Assembly (NCBI GenBank): GCA_016281775.1
Contig: JAEEJH010000140.1
Coordinates: 7,788 to 71,787 of the forward strand
DNA length: 64,000 bases
Direction: 5' to 3'
From: Clostridiales bacterium
GTDB lineage: Bacteria > Bacillota > Clostridia > Oscillospirales > CAG-272
The notes under the pieces were generated by a model that did no database searches, was not told where the DNA came from, and saw nothing but the letters and a program-made list of their open reading frames with translations. The first letter of the stretch is position 1, and each line of letters opens with the position of its first letter. Position numbers and translations under genes: made by a program. Positions 15,237 to 23,160 of this stretch are shown here, in pieces.

Positions 15237-17660
15237 TTATGAATTGGCAAGTTCCCGCAGCTGCGCAATTACGTCGCCGCTGATGTTAGCCTCGGTGCAA
15301 GCGTTGTAAAGATCCTGCGCCGCGGATATGACTTGGGCATTCGTCGCGTCAGCTTCAAGCGCTTCGGCCGCATTTACGGCTGCCACGAGAGCTTTCTGCT
15401 CATCGCTGCCTGCGTCGCCTGCAGCAACCGCTGCGGTATAAAAAGCGTCCTGTTTGATTATGGCTACCGCCGAGTCGAGTTTCTGCTTAAGCGTCTGCTG
15501 GTTGTCGCCCTGCGAGGCTTCGCCGCCTCTGAGCGTCGCGTTCTCCATCGGAACGAGCGTTGCGTCGGTCGTGAACTGGAGATTGAGCGTGCCGGTCATG
15601 GACTGTTCGGCGTTCGCCGCCATGCTGTTATCGACGATATCGCCGTCGATATATACTATAGCGCTCAGTTTTATCGCCTTGTTCTGAGGAAGAGCGGTGA
15701 GCGTGAGGTCTTTTTCACCCTCTGCGTCAACTATCATATCTCCGCGAGTTACGATGCTTCCGCCGTCGACCGCCTCGCTTACCGTGAACCCGTAAAGCGC
15801 GAGATCTACGGTCAGAGTTTCGTTCTCGTCGTCTTCGTCTTCGTCAGACTCAACGCCGCCCGTATACGTCGTAACGCCGTTTGCGGTCGTTGCGGTGATA
15901 ACGGGAGCCGCTATCGCTATGATGTTATATTCAACAGTCGTCGCGTTGTTTTCATCGGTGACTATAACCGGTTCGGCGAAGACTATTCTCAGCGCGTAGA
16001 CAAGGCCTCTCAGGTCGTTTAACGAGAATTTGTTCGGATCGAGCGTTTTGAACTTGACGTAAGTACCGCCGCCGAGCGTCTGCTCGTTTTCGGTGTTTTC
16101 CGCGTAGATACGGTCTCTCGCAGCTTCCTGAAGCAGCAGGTTCGCGCCGGAAGCGTTGGTCCGGAAACCGAAGTCTATAACATAACCGTAAGCGTTGTCA
16201 AGCGTGCCGGTGCCGCCCGCAGCGTTCTGGGGCGCCTTGTTATTCACACCCTCATAAGCCGTAGGGAGAAGTATCGGCGAAGTCGCCTGAGTCGAGAGGC
16301 TCAACTGTCTGACGGTCAATGTCGCGCCGCTCGGTCTTACGTAATGACCGGTTATACCGGTGGCTCTGTAGTCGCCTGCCAGTTTAGCGATCTCATACAG
16401 AGCGCCGGAGCCTTCTCCGAGCACTATTGCGATCGGGTTGCCGACCATAGCCGAAAGATCTTCTTCATCGGATCTCTGCGGGTTTGTTATGCTCGTAGTA
16501 CCGTCGGTGAGCGTAACATACGTTTTGTTTATAAGATCGTCTACGATGTCTTTTATAGCAGAGTAGGCGAATGTCGCGGTATCTGCCGCAGCCTCGACTC
16601 CGAGCGCGTTGTAAGCGGTCCTCGCGCCGGCGATCTTGTTTGCAGTAGTTGTATACTGTGTTATCGCGGTGTTGAGTTCAGTCGTGAACGCCGCCATGTT
16701 TGTAACCGCTGCGAGTGCCGTCGGATCTGCCGCGTCGTTGACCGCTTCAACGAGGGCGATAACCTGCTCATCGGTGAGCGTCGCCGTATTGGCGCTGCTC
16801 AGCGTATTTGCGAGAGCGATGCTCTTGATAGCCGCAAACACGTAGCCGTTGGCGGATTCAAGGCCGGTAAGCAGCGTGCCGACGATCATGGCTTCTTCTT
16901 TTGTGAAAGTAGCCGTCGAGGTGTCGGCCATAGCCATCTTAAGGAACAGGGACGCTACGGCGTCGCCGTTTGTCCTGAGCATGTTCTGAGCGGTATTTTT
17001 AGCAAGTTCGATCGAACCGCTCGCGCTGCCCAAAGCGATGGGATACTGTTTCATACGTTCGGTCCTGCCGGATGCGGTACCGATGACGCCCACGCCGTTG
17101 CCGTCGCTTTCTCTGTCGGCGAGCGGATACATACTCGGTTCCGTGTATTTGGCTATCAGCGTTTCCTGATCAACGGATATGACTCTGCCGTCGGAGCCGT
17201 ATAACGGAGCGAGAAGCGGAATGCTGCCGTCTAACTTGTAATTTCCGGAAGGATCGTCGTTATCGTCCAGTATATCGAAAATATTGAGTGCCGAGGGCAG
17301 CAGCGTCACGGTATTAAGGCCGTAAGCGGTGCTGAGATCGACAAGGTTGCCCCATTTGGCGTTCGCTTCGGCGACCGACTGATTCACCATAGAATCGCCG
17401 ACTTCCGACACTATGCCGAGATCGTCGGCAGTGCTGAACAGCGCGGTGCCTTTGAGCAGGGCAATTTCAAGGTTGCCGTTTGCGCCGACAGTCGTCGAGA
17501 TGCCTCTGACTTCAGGCGCGGTCGAGAGAGTGAACCACGCGTAAGTTGACGAGATCATCATGATAGCGGCGACCAGAAGCATGCATATAGCAGCGCTGAG
17601 TTTCTTCTTTATGCTTATCGGCATAATGACTTTGCGCCGTCTATTCGCAGTTTTTGTCAT
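15237..17660 (-). CDS. TasA/camelysin-like secreted protein with large Ala/Thr-rich helical insertion (807 aa)
   Basis: GAAAGGAGA RBS. The N-terminus is ...LSAAICMLLVAAIMMISSTYAWFTLSTAPEVRGISTTVGANGNLEIAL. Blocks WGNLVDL, LYGSDGRV, AYGYVIDFGFRTN, GGGTYVKF, SAIVYIDGD and GTLNLQFTTD are present. The C-terminal tail is alanine-rich and FIVAR-like. Confidence 0.85.
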   Translation of the reverse strand: MTKTANRRRKVIMPISIKKKLSAAICMLLVAAIMMISSTYAWFTLSTAPEVRGISTTVGANGNLEIALLKGTALFSTADDLGIVSEVGDSMVNQSVAEANAKWGNLVDLSTAYGLNTVTLLPSALNIFDILDDNDDPSGNYKLDGSIPLLAPLYGSDGRVISVDQETLIAKYTEPSMYPLADRESDGNGVGVIGTASGRTERMKQYPIALGSASGSIELAKNTAQNMLRTNGDAVASLFLKMAMADTSTATFTKEEAMIVGTLLTGLESANGYVFAAIKSIALANTLSSANTATLTDEQVIALVEAVNDAADPTALAAVTNMAAFTTELNTAITQYTTTANKIAGARTAYNALGVEAAADTATFAYSAIKDIVDDLINKTYVTLTDGTTSITNPQRSDEEDLSAMVGNPIAIVLGEGSGALYEIAKLAGDYRATGITGHYVRPSGATLTVRQLSLSTQATSPILLPTAYEGVNNKAPQNAAGGTGTLDNAYGYVIDFGFRTNASGANLLLQEAARDRIYAENTENEQTLGGGTYVKFKTLDPNKFSLNDLRGLVYALRIVFAEPVIVTDENNATTVEYNIIAIAAPVITATTANGVTTYTGGVESDEDEDDENETLTVDLALYGFTVSEAVDGGSIVTRGDMIVDAEGEKDLTLTALPQNKAIKLSAIVYIDGDIVDNSMAANAEQSMTGTLNLQFTTDATLVPMENATLRGGEASQGDNQQTLKQKLDSAVAIIKQDAFYTAAVAAGDAGSDEQKALVAAVNAAEALEADATNAQVISAAQDLYNACTEANISGDVIAQLRELANS

Positions 17661-17703
17661 TTTTTTATCTCCTTTCGGGATTTTATTTATTCAGCGTGTT
17701 TTT

Positions 17704-17717
17704 GCTCCCGCCGGAGC
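17704..17717 (-). other. intercistronic stem-loop (GCTCC-cgcc-GGAGC), no U-tract
   Basis: Read directly, 26 nt downstream of the stop of gene 17743..19101. Confidence 0.4.
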
Positions 17718-17742
17718 TGTGTTGTGCCGTGTTGATGTCAAC

Positions 17743-19101
17743 TTACGGGTTTTGCGTCTGTGAAGCTATCGCTGCTTCGGCGTACTGATCGACAAGATCT
17801 TTCGCCTGTACCGCTTCTTCATATGATACGTTGTCAAGCTGACCGTTGTCATAACGGCCTTTCAGCAAGGCGTAACCCATCATGAACGTCGATTCAGCCA
17901 AGGTGCGTTCTGTAGCTGCTTTAGCCGCGATAGTCTCATACAGCGCCTGTCTTGCGCTGAGAACGTTCGTTATAACGCCCTTGCCGCCGACAGGATTGTT
18001 CTTGACGTCTATATCCGTCATCGGTATGAGCGCCACGTCTGTTGCGAACTGGAGGTTCAGTTTGACGGTACCGGTCGTCGTCGCCGAGAAATCGGCGTTC
18101 GTTGCGTTAGCGCCGTCGAGCCATACGATAACGCTTATCTGATATACGGTATTTTTAGCCATCGCGTCTACGAGAACGTTCTCTTCGACTGCCGTCGTGC
18201 AGGCTTTATTGCTGTAAAGAGCGATCGGGCACTTGCCGTCGGCGTCGGGCGTACCGGCTTTACCGTATGCAAGTATTGCCTGCGTCGCGTCATCTGCCGC
18301 GTTGCCGTAGTTCTGTACGAACGCTATGCGCAGACCGTCTCTGAGATTTGCCGGAGTATTCGTGAACTGCAGGTAGCTGCCGCCGCCCGCCGTTACGGGC
18401 GATACGCTCGCGTTTTCGGCATCGCTGTAAATACGCTGGATACCGTTCTGCTGAAGGATGAGTTTGGCGTCGGTCGCCGTGCCGTCGTTGCCGACGTTCG
18501 CAGCGTTGACGCGGAGAGCGAGGTCTATAACGTAACCGAACGCGGTGGCCGCGTCTTCGGTCTCTACAACGCCGCGAACGCCGTAAGACGCGTTTGCCGC
18601 GGTGTTGAATTTGCCTTCGTCTTCGTTATACGCTCTTATTATCGCCGATCCGTTCGAGAGTTCGGAAATTCTGCCGTCATAACCGAATATCGGCGTGCCG
18701 AACGTGAAACCGGTCTGCGTGCTGAACTCGCCGTTAACAGGCGTCAGCGTTACGTTGGTAAGTCCGTACGAAGGGTCGATAAGAGATACGAGGTTGCCCC
18801 ATGTGATATTCGATGCCGTTATCGCAAGGTTGCCGCCGCCGTACTGACCGGACGTTCCGCGTCCGCTTCCGATGTTTGCAATATCGCCGTCTGAAGGCAC
18901 CAGAGCCACCTCGAGGCTGCCGTTGCCGGTAACCGATGACCCGATCCCTTTTGCCTCAGGCGCTGTTGATATCGTATACCATGCGTATGTAGTGGTTACA
19001 AGCATGACCGTTGATACGAGCAGCAGGCATATTGCCGCGGAAAGACGGCGCTTGAGCGACGCGCCAACGTTCACTTTCCGCATTTTAGCAATTTTTGTCA
19101 T
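17743..19101 (-). CDS. TasA/camelysin-like secreted protein with SipW-class signal peptide (452 aa); candidate major subunit
   Basis: GAAAGGAGA RBS. The N-terminus is ...LSAAICLLLVSTVMLVTTTYAWYTISTAPEAKGIGSSVTGNGSLEVAL. Blocks WGNLVSL, IFGYDGRI, AFGYVIDLALRVN, GGGSYLQF, SVIVWLDGA and VKLNLQFATD are present. The 5' leader is nearly identical to that of gene 15237..17660. Confidence 0.85.
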   Translation of the reverse strand: MTKIAKMRKVNVGASLKRRLSAAICLLLVSTVMLVTTTYAWYTISTAPEAKGIGSSVTGNGSLEVALVPSDGDIANIGSGRGTSGQYGGGNLAITASNITWGNLVSLIDPSYGLTNVTLTPVNGEFSTQTGFTFGTPIFGYDGRISELSNGSAIIRAYNEDEGKFNTAANASYGVRGVVETEDAATAFGYVIDLALRVNAANVGNDGTATDAKLILQQNGIQRIYSDAENASVSPVTAGGGSYLQFTNTPANLRDGLRIAFVQNYGNAADDATQAILAYGKAGTPDADGKCPIALYSNKACTTAVEENVLVDAMAKNTVYQISVIVWLDGANATNADFSATTTGTVKLNLQFATDVALIPMTDIDVKNNPVGGKGVITNVLSARQALYETIAAKAATERTLAESTFMMGYALLKGRYDNGQLDNVSYEEAVQAKDLVDQYAEAAIASQTQNP

Positions 19102-19156
19102 TTTTTTCTCCTTTCGAGATTTATCTATTTGCGTTATCCCGCCGGATATATATTAA

Positions 19157-19175
19157 CCGCTTGTGGGAATAGCGG
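19157..19175 (-). other. stem-loop (CCGCT...AGCGG) in the 112-nt gap upstream of gene 17743..19101
   Basis: Read directly. It could be a leaky terminator or a processing/stability element. Confidence 0.3.
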
Positions 19176-19213
19176 ATCAATAACCATTTTCCTTCTGCGA
19201 ATTTTTTTTGGTT

Positions 19214-20344
19214 TTAAAAACCGAAGAATTCTCTGAATTTTTCAAAGAACGTTTTTTCTTTGCTTCCGTCTTCAAGCATCAGCCTGAAATTCATCTGAAC
19301 ACCGAGGTGGCCGCCGATCTTGGAATTATCGGCTTCCGCGTCGTCGCCCTCGAGCCACAGTACGACCGTGTATTTGTGTACCTCTTCGGGTTTGACGTTC
19401 TCGAATTTGCCGGACGTAAGGATCTTTTCGGATTCGAATTCGTACGGCACCACTCTGTAATAAGTCATACCGCCCGACTGACCGACGATCTCGAACTGCT
19501 GTGTGCCGAGAGCGGCAAGCGGCAGATCTTTATAGCCTTTGCCGGTCATCGAATACGGCGGCAGCGCTTCAGCCCCTCCGTCCGCGCTTTTTTCGGCGTA
19601 TATCTTCAGCTCTCCGTCTACGAAGAGCGCCAGCCACGCCGCGGTGGAGAGATCCTTGCTTTCCGAATTCAGCTCAAGCTCCCAGGTGAAACCGACCGTG
19701 TCTTCGCCCGCGTTTTTGATATAATAAGTATAGGCGAAGTAATCTTCATTATGCTGACCGTCGATATGATCTACCCCGGGTTCGATATGCTTTATCGAGA
19801 TACACGGTACGTTCTCAGCCGGTTCGGCGAAAAGTTCGATCGCGGGATTTGCGAAATCTTCCGTCTCGCTCAGCACAAAACCGTTGCGGAACAGCCCGTC
19901 CGAGAGGTTGACCGTATAGTAACCTCGCAGTCTCGTTACCGCCGCGAAGATCAGTATTATCAGCAGCAGTACGGCGAGCGCAGCTATCAGCGCGCCGAGC
20001 CAGTGACCGAAAAGCCATGCGAGAAAGCCTTTGTTTCTCTTGTCGAAATAAAGACCGAGGCTTGAAGCGACCGCTTCGAATTCCCGTTTATCCTTTATTC
20101 CTCTTGCTTTCATGTCGCGGCGCAGTTTTTTTCTGCCCGCTTTTATTTCTTTGACCTGTTCTCTTGTGAGAACCACGCCGGCGCGTTTCTTTTTGAACAG
20201 CCTTCTCTGCTTTGATTCCTTAGGGATCGCCGCGCCTGCAGGTCTGTCTGACGGCGGTTTTTTCGGTTTCGCCGGCTTATCGCCGCCTTCGGCGGCTTCT
20301 TTCAGCACGTCGTCCGGCAAACTGCCTTTATATCGTGAAGGCAT
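19214..20344 (-). CDS. membrane-anchored TasA-like paralog with ~100-aa Lys/Arg-rich cytoplasmic N-terminal tail
   Basis: GGGGAGGAG RBS. The N-tail (PAKPKKPPSDRP...KKKRAGVVLTREQVKEIKAGRKKLRRDMKARGIKDKRE) is followed by one TM (FLAWLFGHWLGALIAALAVLLLIILIFAAV). The ectodomain ends in YTVVLWLEGDDAEADNS...HLGVQMNFRLML. There is no T-Y-A-W-F cleavage-type motif. Confidence 0.8.
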   Translation of the reverse strand: MPSRYKGSLPDDVLKEAAEGGDKPAKPKKPPSDRPAGAAIPKESKQRRLFKKKRAGVVLTREQVKEIKAGRKKLRRDMKARGIKDKREFEAVASSLGLYFDKRNKGFLAWLFGHWLGALIAALAVLLLIILIFAAVTRLRGYYTVNLSDGLFRNGFVLSETEDFANPAIELFAEPAENVPCISIKHIEPGVDHIDGQHNEDYFAYTYYIKNAGEDTVGFTWELELNSESKDLSTAAWLALFVDGELKIYAEKSADGGAEALPPYSMTGKGYKDLPLAALGTQQFEIVGQSGGMTYYRVVPYEFESEKILTSGKFENVKPEEVHKYTVVLWLEGDDAEADNSKIGGHLGVQMNFRLMLEDGSKEKTFFEKFREFFGF

Positions 20345-20367
20345 TTTTCAGCTCCTCCCCGCAGCTT

Positions 20368-21834
20368 TTACTGCTGCTCTTCGCGCAAAAGCGAATCGCG
20401 GATCAGCCCGTCTTCGTCGGTGATCACGCCTGCGAGAGGACCGCATATCATCTCCGCGCCGCAAACCGTGAGCCACTCGAGCGTCTGCGGATCGGTGACG
20501 TCCGCGCAGAACACGCGGATCTTATTGTCGGTCAGCGCTCTTATAGCGTCGTTTATGCCGGGCTTGTCGTAAGTATCGGGAGCGAGCCTTACGTTGTCAA
20601 AGCCGAGCTCCTTGATCTTCGATATCTCGAGCGTGCCGGGATGATAGCCGTCGAGCAGCAGCGCTATGCCGTTGCGCAGATATCTCGATACGTTCTCTTC
20701 AAGCGTTTTCGTCGCGCCGACAAGCAGCGATTCGGGTATGGTGAGAAACAGTTTCGTACGGTCTACCGGCTGGTTTTCGAACAGAGTTTCGAAATTCTGC
20801 AGCTGGCTCGACTGCTTGTAGAACTGCGGCAGCATATTGAGCACTATACCGCTTGTCTGCAGTTTGCAGTTCTGCATACGGAGCAGCGTGTCGGTCGCTT
20901 CGTACAGGAAGTAATAGCTTACGTCGTTTACGATGCCGGTGCGCTTGATCATATCTTCAAGGTCCGCGGCGGATTCGGTCTCGCCGGGACGGTTTGCGAT
21001 CGCGCCGAACCACGGTATCGCCTCGTAGCCGCCGACGGTGCCGTTTTTATCGGTAACGATCGGTCTGTATCTGAGGCCGAGCGGACGTCCCTCGCGTTTG
21101 ACCACGAGCGGTATCGTCTCCGGTATCTGCATCGTGTAGTGAACGAATTTGTCGTATACCGCACGGCAGTTTTTCTCACACTTTTTGAATATCTCGATCA
21201 GTTCCGGATCCCAGAACGTGCCGGATTCTTTGATAAGCGTTTCGTACGCTTCTTCGAACGGATGCTCGGATCTTCTCTCCGCCGAAAGCCTGTCGAACTC
21301 TTTAGCAAGTCCGACGATACGCGCTATCGGGCTGATATTATCGCCCGAAAGCCCGTCGGGATAACCCGAACCGTTGTACCGTTCCATGTGCTGTTCGCAG
21401 CTTTCACGGATCATGAGCCACGGTATGTTCTTCGTGGGTATCTCTTCCGCGGTACCTTTTCTTTTTTCCTTTTCTCTTGCGCCCTTCTCCTGCAGTTTGG
21501 CGGCGAGAAGTCTGCCGGCTTTAGTATATTTACGGTAGACCTCCGTCTCTTCCGCTGAAAAGTCCTTCTGCCAGATCTGATATTCGGGCGGAACGAGCGC
21601 TTTACCGAGCTGATGATACAGTCCGCATTTGTAGGCGGTCTCGGTAAGCTGACCGTGCATACGGCTCTCCCACTCGCCGGAACGCTTTGCGTAAGAGGCT
21701 GAACAGGCGGCTGTGTAAATAGTCTGGGTATATTCAGCAATACGGACAGACTGCTGTCTCACAATCGGCGCAAGACCTCTGAACGCTTCGTCCCACGTAT
21801 TATATTCTTTTCTTTGCCATTCCTGCTCGCTCAC
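20368..21834 (-). CDS. HD-GYP-like plus EAL-like two-domain protein, both catalytic motifs degenerate (c-di-GMP-related regulator or receptor)
   Basis: GTG start 6 nt after AAAGGAGA. HD-GYP region: YHQLGK (HD changed to HQ) and HMERYNGSGYPDGL (HHE changed to HME; GYP kept). EAL region: LRYRPIV...GGYEAIPWF (EAL changed to EAI), LLLDGYHPG in place of DDFGTG, FCADVTD in place of AEGVE. Confidence 0.75.
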   Translation of the reverse strand: MSEQEWQRKEYNTWDEAFRGLAPIVRQQSVRIAEYTQTIYTAACSASYAKRSGEWESRMHGQLTETAYKCGLYHQLGKALVPPEYQIWQKDFSAEETEVYRKYTKAGRLLAAKLQEKGAREKEKRKGTAEEIPTKNIPWLMIRESCEQHMERYNGSGYPDGLSGDNISPIARIVGLAKEFDRLSAERRSEHPFEEAYETLIKESGTFWDPELIEIFKKCEKNCRAVYDKFVHYTMQIPETIPLVVKREGRPLGLRYRPIVTDKNGTVGGYEAIPWFGAIANRPGETESAADLEDMIKRTGIVNDVSYYFLYEATDTLLRMQNCKLQTSGIVLNMLPQFYKQSSQLQNFETLFENQPVDRTKLFLTIPESLLVGATKTLEENVSRYLRNGIALLLDGYHPGTLEISKIKELGFDNVRLAPDTYDKPGINDAIRALTDNKIRVFCADVTDPQTLEWLTVCGAEMICGPLAGVITDEDGLIRDSLLREEQQ

Positions 21835-21852
21835 GTTTTTTCTCCTTTAGGG

Positions 21853-23001
21853 TTATAATTCTTTTGTTACGTCGTCGTCCGCGATATCGTAATCGACTAT
21901 CGGCATATCGTCCTTACGGTTCTCTTTGCGTTTTACGAAGAACACGAAATACAGAGCCGTCATTATCAGTATGATGCCGAGAGCTATGAAGAACAGTACC
22001 GGCCATACTTTGTGCATCGGTATGTTGCAGTAAGGATCGGTCGGTTCTATCGGTACCTCGACCGTGACCTCTTTGATTATTTCGACAGTCTGCGCGCCGT
22101 GATTGGCGTAATCGGCGAGTATCTGATCGATGACGTCGTTTATCTTCTGCGCAAGCTCGTCCGCCTTCTGCTGATCTCTGTCGGCGCCGCCGGCGAGGAG
22201 CTGATCGGCTTCATTCAAAAGCTCGCATAACCTGAACCAAAGCTTGCCGTGTGCGCACGCTTCGTCGAGATCGTGCGCTCTGTTCACCGCCAGCTGCAGC
22301 GGCGACAGATCGATCCTCACAAGAGCCGCTATGGCTTCCGCAAGTTCGCGGGCGCCCTCGTCAACCTCGCTCTGGCTGAGGCTCGTAAGCAGGCCTATAC
22401 CTTTTTCAAGCGCTTCGGCAAGTCTTGCCCAGCTTTCGGTCGTATATTCCCTCTTATCGAGAGACGAAGCTATGTCGATCTGTTTCTGAAGTTCCGTATA
22501 GTCGATAATAGGTTCGGTCTCGGGCGGTTCTGTCACCGGCGGTTCGGTTTCGGGCGGCTCGGTCACCGGCGGTTCGGTAACTACCGGCGTCGCTTTGACC
22601 TTGACCGTCTTGGTCATCGTCTTCCAGTCCGAAACGCCGCCGTAGAGGTCGCTCGTTTCATAAGTCAGCTTTATATCGCAGGTATCGCCGACCTTTGCGT
22701 TTCTGGCAAGCGTGACGCTCACGGTGATCTTCACGTCGCCTTCGCTCGAGCCGTAAAGGAATACCTTGTCGTCCGACACGTCGCCGGAGATCTTGCCGGA
22801 GTAACTGTATTTGATGCTTCTGAAAAGACTTTTATTCGAAAATTCGAAAAATCCGTCGACGCCGTAGATTTTATTTAACGTGAAAGAGACGGTAACGGAC
22901 TTGCCCGCTTCAGCCTCGATCGCACCGTGGACCGTGATCGGCACGGCCGCCGCGATCGCAAAAACGAGCAGACATATGATGATTTTGCGCAGCGTCTTCA
23001 T
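21853..23001 (-). CDS. surface protein: cohesin-like N-domain, TEPPV/TEPPE linker, FIVAR-like helical region, C-terminal TM anchor
   Basis: The signal peptide is MKTLRKIIICLLVFAIAAAVPITVHG. The ~110-aa beta domain is paralogous to ORF 23227..23760. The linker is VTEPPVTEPPETEPPVTEPPETEP. EYTTESWARLAEALEKG...VDEGARELAEAIAAL fits the FIVAR pattern. The TM is WPVLFFIALGIILIMTALYFVFFV. Confidence 0.75.
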   Translation of the reverse strand: MKTLRKIIICLLVFAIAAAVPITVHGAIEAEAGKSVTVSFTLNKIYGVDGFFEFSNKSLFRSIKYSYSGKISGDVSDDKVFLYGSSEGDVKITVSVTLARNAKVGDTCDIKLTYETSDLYGGVSDWKTMTKTVKVKATPVVTEPPVTEPPETEPPVTEPPETEPIIDYTELQKQIDIASSLDKREYTTESWARLAEALEKGIGLLTSLSQSEVDEGARELAEAIAALVRIDLSPLQLAVNRAHDLDEACAHGKLWFRLCELLNEADQLLAGGADRDQQKADELAQKINDVIDQILADYANHGAQTVEIIKEVTVEVPIEPTDPYCNIPMHKVWPVLFFIALGIILIMTALYFVFFVKRKENRKDDMPIVDYDIADDDVTKEL

Positions 23002-23160
23002 TTTTTTCCTTTCTTATTATAGGGTTTACGGCGTTTAAAAGCCGTCGTAAGCGCTGATTAAATCGATGTACGCATACGGAAAAGTCGACACGACCTGTTA
23101 GATCCGCCGTCCGGATCCGTACAGCGATTTATGCAGCGTTTATCTGCATAACGGGCTTTC

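Noticed and set aside
798-20344. Sortase-dependent pilus or type IV pilus locus
   Set aside because: There is no LPXTG-like sorting signal and no sortase. There is no prepilin (G-F-T-L-I-E) leader, no PilB/PilT/PilC and no prepilin peptidase. Instead there are SipW-type peptidases and TasA-like N- and C-terminal motifs.
20335-21558. Large antisense ORFs elsewhere (20335..21558 +, 31813..32946 -, 38095..39492 +, 39531..40346 +, 44518..45510 +, 47624..48640 +, 54143..55111 +, 15333..16022 +, 16344..17204 +, 59782..60657 +)
   Set aside because: Each lies opposite a gene with unmistakable motifs: Walker boxes, the CDF HPFGHGR block, Nnr GNNGGDG, the aspartate kinase KFGGTS, and signal peptides. 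GC-rich coding DNA commonly leaves long open antisense frames. None has an RBS.
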